Virus record (IMG/VR): IMGVR_UViG_3300009169_000027
Coordinates: 1 to 54,297 of that record
Reading direction: 5' to 3' (one strand)
Length of the DNA: 54,297 bases
From: a virus
Lineage: Duplodnaviria; Caudoviricetes
Shown here: one piece after another, positions 35,104 to 44,331 of the stretch
Layout: each line of letters starts with the position of its first letter
Position numbering within the stretch: the first letter of the stretch is position 1
Notes under the pieces: model-generated
The model's database searches: none
The model's input: only the letters and a program-made list of their open reading frames with translations
What the model was told of the DNA's origin: nothing
Made by a program: the position numbers and the translations under genes

Positions 35104-38100
35104 ATGGCAATCTCCTACGTCGGCAAAGGCACGTTCGCTGGTAACGCGGGCGCGTTGACGCTGACGATGCCGACGCACGTCGAAGACGACCTGCTACTCG
35201 CGTTCATCCACACGGCGAATCAGGCTATCGCGATTTCGCCGGTAGACGGCTGGAAAGAGGCGCCGAGTAGTCCACAAAGCACCGGCACCGCCGCCGCGGC
35301 CGGCGGTGTTCGGTTAACGGTCTTCTACAAGTTTGCCAACACCAGTGTCGAAAGCAGCCTAGTCACTACCGATAGCGGCAGCGTCCAGTCGGGCATCGTC
35401 GTCGCGTATCGCGGCGTCGACATGGAGAACCCGTTTGACGTTACGGCGGGCAGCACGCAAGCTGCGACGACTTCGATGGTGTGGCCGGGCGTCACAACGA
35501 CGAAGGGCAACTGCTGGATCGTTCACGGTTGCGCGCAGGATACTGATGCAGGCTCCACCGCCACGTCGGGTACGCCGACGAATGGCAACCTCAGCTCGCT
35601 GACGGAGCGCCACGATCAGACAGTAAACACCGGGGCCGGCGGCGGTGTTGTAATCCTTGACGGTCTCAAGGCGGCAGCGGGCGCCACTGGCAACACGACC
35701 TCCACCGGAAGCACCTCGGTCACGCACGCTTATGTGACGCTAGCCATTGCACCGAAGCCGATTCGGTTGCGCACGCCGGTCCACTCGCTATCGCTCGTCA
35801 CGACGGTCGACACGCCTCTCGCGAGCATCGATGTTAAGCTGATGTCCAGCGGCTCGCGTGCGGTTATGACGCGGTATAATTCTGCGACACCAGCGGTCTA
35901 CTACTCGGACGATGGTGAAACGTGGACCTCGGCGACAGGACCGGGCCAGCAAATTGAAGCAATAGGATACGCGGCCGGGCGTTTCCACTTGTTCGACGTC
36001 AACGGCGATGTTTACAGCAGCGCCAATGGTGCGACAGGTTGGGAGTGGAACACTGCCTTTACAGCAGCCGGCACGAACTTTGGCGGCATCAGCAACGACA
36101 AACACCCGTCGCGTGCAACGGCTACGTGGGGCTCGTATTACGCAGTCACAACAAACGGCACAACGTGGACTGAGTATTCAGGGAGCGGCGGGCCAGGCGT
36201 TAGTGATGGCGACCTGACGTATCACGCGCCGGTATCGAACTATTGTCGCTATTCCACAGACGGTGGCGTGAGCTGGACGCAGGGCGATTACGCGCCCGCG
36301 TTCAACACCGTCATGGACTTGGTCTATGGGAATGGGCGTTGGGTCGGCTTCACCAATGCTGGCGGCGATTATCGCGCGTATAGCACCACTGTCGCGGGGC
36401 GCTGGGGCGAGTACGCCACCATCGCCGGCACCGACTATTACACGCACTCCGCATACGTCAACGGTTGTTTCGTTGCGGTTGAGCGATTGGACTCCGCAAG
36501 CAAGGCTATCCTTTCGCCGAACGGCTTGGATTGGGACACCGTAACGTTGCCGGTCACGGCGGGCTACTGGCGCGACGCTACAGACCTCGGCAATCGATAT
36601 ATCCTCGCGTCTGACACAAAGGTCCACACACTCGAGGTCGTAACGACCTCACCGGGGTGCGTTTGCACGATGACCGGGACGTTGACGAGCGTCCCGATTG
36701 AGGGGCTGGTTGGGCGTTTGGAGTGCTCGGTAACGGCCACCGCCACACTCGTCAACATCAACCCGATCGAGGTTGCACGCGGCGGCGCGAACGTCGCAAT
36801 AGTCACGCGCCCATCGAACGAACAGGCCGGCGTAATCGTGGGGCGGCAGGACATCCTGCTCCACGCTTATGACTCAAGCCAGACGGCGTATGTATCTTCA
36901 AACGACAACGGCGAAACATGGACGCATCGAACTGGTCCCGGTGTTGCGTTTGCGAATGATTCCGTTGGCTATTTGCCGCTGGTCGGGAAGTTCTACATTC
37001 GATCGTCGTCGTCATTCCTGTCATCGAACGGCATCGACTGGACCGACATCGGGAGCACACCGACAGGCATCTATTCGCTTGGCACGACCTCGGACGGGAA
37101 GCTGTTCTACACGTCCAACACGTTCCCGCGGATCGTGTACTCAACGAACGGCTTGGACTGGATCGATGCTGGTGACATCTCCAATCAGATATTGGCTGGC
37201 GAGAACAGCATCGCATTTGACGGAGTTAGCCGCTACGTCATCATCGGCTGGAACGACTTCTGCTTGTGGACTGATGATCTCAGCGCGGGCTGGACCTCGG
37301 CCGATATGCTGTACACGACAGTGCAGCAGTTTGCATTTGGACAGGGCCGATTCATTGCAGGTTGTGACTCGCAAGCTGACAAGCTCCAGTGGAGTGTGGA
37401 TGGCGAATCGTGGACGGCGATCGACATGCCGTCTACCGGTCGCGTCTGGCGCTCGGTTGCGTATGACCCGATCGGCGAAGCGTTCATTGCAGCCGGCGGA
37501 AACGACGCTGGCTGGGCAATCTCGCTGGACGGTGGCGTTACGTGGACGGTTCAAGAAGACACCGTTACGCACCTCATCAACCCGTCCGCCGTTGACGGCA
37601 CAGTGTTCATTGTCCGCGGCAACGGCAACACCGATCTACGAAAGCTGAAGCCTCGCCGCGGCGAGTGCATTAGCACGATGAAGGGAACGCTGACCGATTC
37701 CAGCGGCGAAATCTATGGCGCGCTCTACAGTCGCACGGAAGTAACAGCAGCCCTCACGACGCAGATTCTGCTCAACGCCAGCGCAGCATCCGTTGTCACG
37801 GCGACCGCTTCGTTATCGACCGGGCTCCGCACCAGTCTCTCCGCAGCGATCGCCGTCGCGCGTACCGCCGCACCATCGCTGTCCGCCGCGATTCTGCAGG
37901 CGCGCACAGCGACGGCCAGCATCACTGCTGCGATCCGAGCAGCGCAGACACGTACCACGTCGATCGATTCCGCTGTCCGTTTGGCGCGCACGAGTACGAC
38001 AAACATCGGCGCCGCACTCCTCCAGGCACGCTCCGCTACCGCCGCGCTGGGTGCCGCGATCCGCGCCGCACGGAACGCTTCGGTGGCACTCGGCGCTGTC

Positions 38101-40131
38101 GTCGTTACATCGCGATCAGCGACAGCTGACATCAACGCCGCGGTACGTGCGGCGCGCACCAGCACAGCAAACGTCAGCGCCGCGATTCGTGCTGCACGTA
38201 CCGCTGTCGCGACGCTTGACGCTGCGGTACGCGCCGCACGTACTTCGTCGGCCTCGCTCGACGCCGCGATCGACGCACCGAAGACGTTGAGCGCCGCTGT
38301 CGGTGCTGCTGTCCGTGTCGCGCGATCGGCAACTAGCACTATAGACGGAGCACTACAGCTCGCGCGTTCCGCTTCCGCGAGCCTCGATGCCTCAATCAAT
38401 GCCGCCACGCAGCAGACCGCGACGGTATCGATTGGCGCAGCGATCCGCCTGGCGCGCTCCGCCACCGCCTCAGTCGACGCGGCTGTCCGTGCGGCGCGCT
38501 CAGCCACCACTTCGATTGACAGTGCAGTCCGAGCCGCGCGCTCCGCCACCACTTCGATTGGCGCGGCGGTTCGCTTCGCCCGCAGTTCCGCGTCGTCTGT
38601 TAACGCTGCCGTTCGAGTCGCGCGCTCTGCCGCGTCGACCATCGACGCAGCGATCCGGGCACCGGCCACAGCCGCGGCAAACTTGGGCGCTGCTGTACGT
38701 TCGGGGGCGCAAGCTACCTCCACCATTGGGGCGGCGATCCGGGCGCAGGATTCGGCCACGGCATCGCTGGAGGGGGCGGTCCGGTACACTGCGACGATCA
38801 CCGCCGACCTGGGCGCCGCGGTCGTCCTTCGTCGCGCCGCCGTCGGCGAGCTAACGGCAGCGATCGTTGCCCCGCTTTCGGCACAAACCTCGATCGGCGC
38901 GTCCGTCCTTCAGGCGCACACCGCGAGTGCATCGCTCGGCGCGTTGGTGTTGGGTGGCTTCACAGCTTACGCAACACTCGACGCCGCCGTCCGCCACGCT
39001 CGCCCAGCCACGGTTTCGCTGAGTGCGGCAATCATCCACTACGGATCGACGCTGGCTACGGCATCGGTCGACGCTGCGATCGTGTTGGCGCGCAGCAGGA
39101 CAGCATCGCTCGGCGCCGCGATCCGCGCCGCGCAGTCTCTGTCCGGCGAAATCGACGCCGCGATCAGCCTCGCGCGATCAGCCGCGTCGAGTGTGGGTGC
39201 TGCGATTCAGCAGGCGCGATCGAATACTGCGTCTATCGACGCCGTCGTCCGTCGCACCGCCTCCGCGTCCGTAGACCTCTCCTCCGCGATCGCCGCTGCA
39301 CGTACCGTTACCGCGGCAATCGATTCGGCAATACGTGCGCCGCACACGGATGCACTATCGCTGAACGCCGTTATCAGCGGCGGCACAGCCGTCAACGCGA
39401 CACTAGACGCGGCGATCCTAGCCGCACGTTCGGCGACCGCCGCGCTGGGTGCGGCGGTCGCCGTTGTCCGTTCAAGCACCGCTAACCTGGGGGCCGCGGT
39501 CGCCGTTGCGCGTACCGCAAGCTCTACCTTACAGGCGGCGGTGCAGCTTCGGCGCACTGTGATCGCAGACTTCTCCGGCGCGATCCTGCAAGCCCGATCG
39601 TCGTCGGTTGCACTGTCGTCCGCGATCCTGCAACGGCAGCAGGTTGTCGCGACGTTGGGTGCATCCATCGCCGCAGGCTACACCGCCTCTGTTTCGATCG
39701 ACGCGGTAGTGCTTGGCGGAACGTTGGCGCAGGTATCGCTCACCGCTGCGGTACAGGAGGCGCGGTTCGCTTCCGTATCGCTGGGCGCCGTTATCTCGTC
39801 TTCGTTGACGACGTTAGTGACCGCCGATATCGACGCAATGATTTACGTGGCAGGTGCTGCGACAGCGTTGATGAGCGCTGCGGTCTTGCACCGGCCATCC
39901 AATGCTGCAAGCCTTAACGCTTACGTCCTTCCGGAAGGTTCTCTACATCGCACGGTCTCTGCTTCGTTCGATGCGGCGATCGATACCGAGTGCCACACGA
40001 AGGTTCATCGTGTCCTCGACGCCGTAACTGTTCCGCGCACCGACGACACGGCGCTGGTTCAACGGTCACTGGACGGTATCATCGTGCGCAGAGTAAGCGA
40101 CGCCGCGCAGATCAAAGACTCGTGCCAATAA
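35104..40131 (+). CDS. Giant fibre/adhesin: BNR(Asp-box)-like propeller regions plus 14-aa repeat shaft
   Basis: Repeated S.DG.TW boxes (YSDDGETW, YSTDGGVSW, SLDGGVTW); ~50 tandem ART.TAS[IL].AA[IV].. units. Confidence 0.7.
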   Translation: MAISYVGKGTFAGNAGALTLTMPTHVEDDLLLAFIHTANQAIAISPVDGWKEAPSSPQSTGTAAAAGGVRLTVFYKFANTSVESSLVTTDSGSVQSGIVVAYRGVDMENPFDVTAGSTQAATTSMVWPGVTTTKGNCWIVHGCAQDTDAGSTATSGTPTNGNLSSLTERHDQTVNTGAGGGVVILDGLKAAAGATGNTTSTGSTSVTHAYVTLAIAPKPIRLRTPVHSLSLVTTVDTPLASIDVKLMSSGSRAVMTRYNSATPAVYYSDDGETWTSATGPGQQIEAIGYAAGRFHLFDVNGDVYSSANGATGWEWNTAFTAAGTNFGGISNDKHPSRATATWGSYYAVTTNGTTWTEYSGSGGPGVSDGDLTYHAPVSNYCRYSTDGGVSWTQGDYAPAFNTVMDLVYGNGRWVGFTNAGGDYRAYSTTVAGRWGEYATIAGTDYYTHSAYVNGCFVAVERLDSASKAILSPNGLDWDTVTLPVTAGYWRDATDLGNRYILASDTKVHTLEVVTTSPGCVCTMTGTLTSVPIEGLVGRLECSVTATATLVNINPIEVARGGANVAIVTRPSNEQAGVIVGRQDILLHAYDSSQTAYVSSNDNGETWTHRTGPGVAFANDSVGYLPLVGKFYIRSSSSFLSSNGIDWTDIGSTPTGIYSLGTTSDGKLFYTSNTFPRIVYSTNGLDWIDAGDISNQILAGENSIAFDGVSRYVIIGWNDFCLWTDDLSAGWTSADMLYTTVQQFAFGQGRFIAGCDSQADKLQWSVDGESWTAIDMPSTGRVWRSVAYDPIGEAFIAAGGNDAGWAISLDGGVTWTVQEDTVTHLINPSAVDGTVFIVRGNGNTDLRKLKPRRGECISTMKGTLTDSSGEIYGALYSRTEVTAALTTQILLNASAASVVTATASLSTGLRTSLSAAIAVARTAAPSLSAAILQARTATASITAAIRAAQTRTTSIDSAVRLARTSTTNIGAALLQARSATAALGAAIRAARNASVALGAVVVTSRSATADINAAVRAARTSTANVSAAIRAARTAVATLDAAVRAARTSSASLDAAIDAPKTLSAAVGAAVRVARSATSTIDGALQLARSASASLDASINAATQQTATVSIGAAIRLARSATASVDAAVRAARSATTSIDSAVRAARSATTSIGAAVRFARSSASSVNAAVRVARSAASTIDAAIRAPATAAANLGAAVRSGAQATSTIGAAIRAQDSATASLEGAVRYTATITADLGAAVVLRRAAVGELTAAIVAPLSAQTSIGASVLQAHTASASLGALVLGGFTAYATLDAAVRHARPATVSLSAAIIHYGSTLATASVDAAIVLARSRTASLGAAIRAAQSLSGEIDAAISLARSAASSVGAAIQQARSNTASIDAVVRRTASASVDLSSAIAAARTVTAAIDSAIRAPHTDALSLNAVISGGTAVNATLDAAILAARSATAALGAAVAVVRSSTANLGAAVAVARTASSTLQAAVQLRRTVIADFSGAILQARSSSVALSSAILQRQQVVATLGASIAAGYTASVSIDAVVLGGTLAQVSLTAAVQEARFASVSLGAVISSSLTTLVTADIDAMIYVAGAATALMSAAVLHRPSNAASLNAYVLPEGSLHRTVSASFDAAIDTECHTKVHRVLDAVTVPRTDDTALVQRSLDGIIVRRVSDAAQIKDSCQ
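37730..39990 (+). repeat. Coding tandem repeat, 14 aa (42 bp) period
   Basis: ARTATASITAAIRA / AQTRTTSIDSAVRL / ARTSTTNIGAALLQ / ARSATAALGAAIRA ... Confidence 0.85.
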
Positions 40132-40147
40132 ACTCAGGAAGAAACAA

Positions 40148-43006
40148 ATGAAGATCGACAAGCGGAACATGGCGACTAGCGACGCTTACTTCGTCACGAA
40201 CAACAGCGCCGCGTGGACAGATTGGAAGATCACGGACGCAGTCGCTGACGGGTACAAGTCGAACCCGTGGGTCTACCGCGCCATTCGTTTGATCACCCAA
40301 AGCGCCTCAACTGTTCCTTGGGTCGTGTTCGACAAGGAGATGAGTCCGCTGTGGGACCACCCACTGTCGCTTCTCTTTGCGAAACCGAACCCGCACCTGA
40401 CACGACAGCAGGTGTTCGAGATGGTTGTGTCGTGGCTCGAGCTCGCCGGTAACGGGTACTTCAAGAAAGTGATCCTCCGCGGCAGGACCGTGGAGTTGTG
40501 GCCGATCAGCCCCGACCGACTCGCACCCATCCCAAGCAAGGACCCGACGCTATTCATCGACGGCTATATCAGGAAAGCCGACGGCGGCGGCGACATCCGG
40601 GACCCGGAGTACAACGCGCAGACGGTAATCCACATTCGATTCATCGACCCCGCGAACCCGTATCTCGGCATTGCTCCGCTGTCCGCCGCCGCGCGCACTG
40701 TGGACCTCGACAATTCACAGCTCGACTGGAACACGTCGACAATGCAGAACCGCGGTGTTGTCGACGGTGTCTTTACGTTCAAGCGACCGCTGGATGCGCC
40801 GCAATCCAAGAACATCATGGAACGTATCATGGAGAAGTTCAGCGGCAAAAAGAACGCACGCAAACCGCTCGTGATCGGCGAGGACGCGATGTACACGCGG
40901 CTGTCCCTTAGCCCGACAGAACTCGACTTCTTGGAATCGAGGAAGGACAACCGTTTGGAGATACTGAGTGTCTACGGGGTCCCTCCACAACTGGCCGGCG
41001 TACAAGAGTCCAGCACGTTCAACAACTTCACAGTGAGCCGCCGTGTCTTCTGGGAGACCACGATACTGCCCCTGCTGGATACGATGAAGGATGCGTTCAA
41101 TCACTCGTTCTCCGATGAGCTCGCGCCGGGCCTCACACTCGGCTACGACACAAGCGACGTGGCGGCGTTGAAGGACAACGAGATCGAGAAGGCCAAAGTC
41201 GGCAAGGTCTATCACAGCATGGGGGTGCCGGTGAGTGTCCTTAACGACAAGCTGAGTCTAGGCCTGGACGAGTACGACGGCTGGGACGAGTCCGGTAGCG
41301 AGGCTCCACCGCCGGGGGCTCCACCCGATCCACCAGACGACGACACGGAGGGCGCCCGGTCTTTTGAATTGGTCCCACTCGAGCAGCGGAGTGTGGACAG
41401 CGAAATCAAGCTGCGTGACCGTTTGGTTGAGAAGTTCGCGGCATCACTGTACGCTCAGTTTCTGGCGGAGCAGGGTACCGCTGTCTTTAATGCGATCGAA
41501 GCAGGTCGGGACCCGGTTGTTACGGCAGCCTCTTACGACAGTGAACTGACCGACGTTATCGAGGAGGTCTACATAACTGTTGCCCTCGAGATGGCGAAGA
41601 CCGTGGCGCGCCCGAGGAGGTCGAACTGGTTCCTGATCGAGCTACGTGAGAACACACCGTACGAGGAGGAACTGCTAGCAACGATCAAGGCTTCGCTACA
41701 GGATGAGCTAATTATCCTGAAAGAAAAGTCCTTCATTCAGGAAGCCACCGCACAGTTCATTATCGACCAGACAGCGTATGGAGTTGCGAACGGCTGGCCA
41801 CCGAGCAAGATTCAACAAGCGATCGTGGACACTGGCGCGTTCTCTCCCGAACGCGCGTTGCGTATTGCACGCACAACGGCCGGTGCCGCAACCGGCGTGG
41901 GCCAACTGGCTGCGGGGTCGACGTCTGGTGCCACTCACAAGAAATGGTTGACCAGCGTTGCCAACGTACGGGACGCGCACGTCGCCCGCGACGGCGAAGT
42001 TGTGCCGATCGACAATCGTTTCAGCTCGCAGGTGGGGGGTCAGGGTCCGCGTTATCCGTGCGACCCCAGTGTCGCGGCCGCCGACCGTATCAACTGCCGT
42101 TGTTTCATGTCGTTTGAATTCCGGGTAGCAGCGACGACTCCGGCCACAACCCCCGCCCCGGTCAACACCTCTGAGGCAGCACTGCTCGCAGCGAAGAAAG
42201 CTAAGAAGAAAGCGGCTAACTCCGCCGCCTGGGCAAAGAAGAAAGCAGCCAACGCCGCAGCGAAGGCGGCGCAGAAAGCCGCGCTGGCCGAGGCCGCTGC
42301 AAAGAAAGCAGCCGCGGACGCCGCAGCGAAGGCGGCACAACTCGCCGCAGCGAAGGCGAATGTCCCGGCGCAACTAACGCCGCGGCAAGCAGCCACCCTC
42401 AAGGTGCGCCCGCGTTCATTCGACAGGGTTAAGCAGGTGGTGCCGCATTCGCAGATCGCCGACGAGGTAATCAAGACATCATCGGACAAACAGCTAAAGG
42501 CTCTTGAGTCGTACAAGGGCGGCGGCTACAGTCAGATCAATAAGTACCTGAGAAAGAATACGGCCGTTCAGTCCAGCAGCATTGACGAAGCCGAAACCCT
42601 AAAGGAACTGTTCAAGACAAACAAGTTCACGACGTTGCAATCGGACGCCGTTCTCTATCGCGGGGTCAACAAGCAAGCGCTGGACGCGATGGGTATCGAC
42701 CCGAACGACTTTGACGACTTGATCGGCGCGGAGCTTACCGATCGCGGGATAATCTCCTCATCGTTTGACAAACAAGTCGCTGCCAACTTTGGCAGTCAGG
42801 ATGGGGCACTGTTCATCATTGAAGGAAAGGCTGGCGATCCGGGGCTCTTTATCGATAAGATGGGGCTAGGGAATCACTCGGGTGAAGCTGAGTTGATCTT
42901 CCCTCCGGGATCGTTCGTGATCAAAAGCGCAAGCATGGAGGCCTATGACACGTACGGCTACTCGAAAGTTCTAACGATCCGCATCGGCGCATTCAGACCA
43001 CTTTAG
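40148..43006 (+). CDS. Portal - MuF (head morphogenesis) - ADP-ribosyltransferase fusion
   Basis: HK97-type portal (NPWVYRAI, LELAGNGY, YLGIAPL, YGVPPQL); Pro/Asp linker; MuF (KKWLT..VRDAH...INCRC); Ala/Lys linker; VIP2-like ART (YSQINKYLR, LYRG, ISSS, EAE). Confidence 0.85.
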   Translation: MKIDKRNMATSDAYFVTNNSAAWTDWKITDAVADGYKSNPWVYRAIRLITQSASTVPWVVFDKEMSPLWDHPLSLLFAKPNPHLTRQQVFEMVVSWLELAGNGYFKKVILRGRTVELWPISPDRLAPIPSKDPTLFIDGYIRKADGGGDIRDPEYNAQTVIHIRFIDPANPYLGIAPLSAAARTVDLDNSQLDWNTSTMQNRGVVDGVFTFKRPLDAPQSKNIMERIMEKFSGKKNARKPLVIGEDAMYTRLSLSPTELDFLESRKDNRLEILSVYGVPPQLAGVQESSTFNNFTVSRRVFWETTILPLLDTMKDAFNHSFSDELAPGLTLGYDTSDVAALKDNEIEKAKVGKVYHSMGVPVSVLNDKLSLGLDEYDGWDESGSEAPPPGAPPDPPDDDTEGARSFELVPLEQRSVDSEIKLRDRLVEKFAASLYAQFLAEQGTAVFNAIEAGRDPVVTAASYDSELTDVIEEVYITVALEMAKTVARPRRSNWFLIELRENTPYEEELLATIKASLQDELIILKEKSFIQEATAQFIIDQTAYGVANGWPPSKIQQAIVDTGAFSPERALRIARTTAGAATGVGQLAAGSTSGATHKKWLTSVANVRDAHVARDGEVVPIDNRFSSQVGGQGPRYPCDPSVAAADRINCRCFMSFEFRVAATTPATTPAPVNTSEAALLAAKKAKKKAANSAAWAKKKAANAAAKAAQKAALAEAAAKKAAADAAAKAAQLAAAKANVPAQLTPRQAATLKVRPRSFDRVKQVVPHSQIADEVIKTSSDKQLKALESYKGGGYSQINKYLRKNTAVQSSSIDEAETLKELFKTNKFTTLQSDAVLYRGVNKQALDAMGIDPNDFDDLIGAELTDRGIISSSFDKQVAANFGSQDGALFIIEGKAGDPGLFIDKMGLGNHSGEAELIFPPGSFVIKSASMEAYDTYGYSKVLTIRIGAFRPL

Positions 43007-43016
43007 GAAGACAAAC

Positions 43017-43196
43017 ATGCCAACGACAACCAAGAAGAAACGTCTCCAGCGTTTCGTTAGTAAGCCTGGGGAAATGACGCTTAAACGTTTGACACCAGAA
43101 GAACTCGCGGCCAGAGCCAACGAGGCCGAAGAAACGCGACTGTCCCGACTGAACGATCTACAGGGACTCGCACTGAAGAAAGCCAGTGGTTCCTGA
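43017..43196 (+). CDS. 59-aa protein after the ART domain; candidate immunity/inhibitor (not in ORF track)
   Basis: AGGAAG RBS; MPTTTKKKRLQRFVSKPGEMTLKRLTPEELAARANEAEETRLSRLNDLQGLALKKASGS. Confidence 0.6.
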   Translation: MPTTTKKKRLQRFVSKPGEMTLKRLTPEELAARANEAEETRLSRLNDLQGLALKKASGS

Positions 43197-43266
43197 TTTG
43201 GACAGTCCCGCGCTAACTCAAAGAAAGTTTGTTCCTCATTTCGTTCGTTAATGTAGAATCACCGGA

Positions 43267-44304
43267 GTGAGCACCATGAAAATCGAACATCGCAGCACGA
43301 GCGGGGAAATCAGGGCCACCACCGATGAGGGAATCATCGAGGGTTACATCGCCGTTTGGGACACTGTCGATTCCTACGGCTCGATGTTTCAGCGCGGCGC
43401 GTTCACCAAGACACTGCGCGAACGCGGTAGCCGAATCAAGGTTCTGTGGAACCACCAGCAGGAAGTCATCGGAACGCCGATCGAATTGCGCGAAGATGAC
43501 CGCGGTGTTTTCTTCCGTGGGCAGCTTGTCCTCAGTGTCCCGAAGGCACGAGAGACGTTTGAGTTGATCAAAGCCGCGGCAATCGATACGTTCAGTTTCG
43601 GCTTCCGGGCGGTCAAAGACAAGTGGGTCAACAACCTCCGCGTGATCACCGAAGTCATGCTGATGGAAGTGTCCCCAGTTATCTTCGAAGCGAACAGCGA
43701 GGCTGTCATTACAGGAGTTCGGGCTATGCCAGCAGAACAACGCGCTCAGCAATACCAGGAAACGTACTCCGCTTATGAGTTGGGCCGCCGCGGCGACCTG
43801 ATTCTCTCGGCGTTGTTTCGAACCCTCGATGACATTTGGTACGGCGGGTCCGCCGGCGATCAAGTCAGGGAACTCGTGGCGTCGGCCATCACAGAATTCT
43901 CCAGCATGTATTCGGCCTATACGGACGAACTCGTTACGCTGAGTCAGCGCGACCTGCGCGGGTCACCCGTTCAGATCGCGACGCGCAAGTACCTCGCCGA
44001 GAAGAACATGACGCCGGAAGCGCTCGCCGCCAACACGTCGTTGACTCTCAGCGAGGTCACGTCACTGCTCGTGGGGACACCGGCAGTCGACATGAGGAAA
44101 CTGGGTGAACTCCCAGACACAGTGCGCGAGGCGATCAACGTCGCGCGCGCCGCCAAGGTCGAGGCCTTGTGCGATGAATTGCGTTCTGGTTTGGAGCCAG
44201 CGGAAGTCGCCCGCATTCGCGGCCTTTTGCCCTCCGAGGAACCCGACGTCTCCACCGAAATTCTGAGTCGGCTGATGGCGTTTCGCGCCAGCCTGACTTC
44301 CTGA
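43267..44304 (+). CDS. HK97-type prohead protease with long C-terminal extension
   Basis: IEGYIAVWD, GAF, LWNH, FSFGF, EVSPV..AN. Confidence 0.9.
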   Translation: MSTMKIEHRSTSGEIRATTDEGIIEGYIAVWDTVDSYGSMFQRGAFTKTLRERGSRIKVLWNHQQEVIGTPIELREDDRGVFFRGQLVLSVPKARETFELIKAAAIDTFSFGFRAVKDKWVNNLRVITEVMLMEVSPVIFEANSEAVITGVRAMPAEQRAQQYQETYSAYELGRRGDLILSALFRTLDDIWYGGSAGDQVRELVASAITEFSSMYSAYTDELVTLSQRDLRGSPVQIATRKYLAEKNMTPEALAANTSLTLSEVTSLLVGTPAVDMRKLGELPDTVREAINVARAAKVEALCDELRSGLEPAEVARIRGLLPSEEPDVSTEILSRLMAFRASLTS

Positions 44305-44331
44305 AAACCACTACCTGAAGGAAACAAGATC

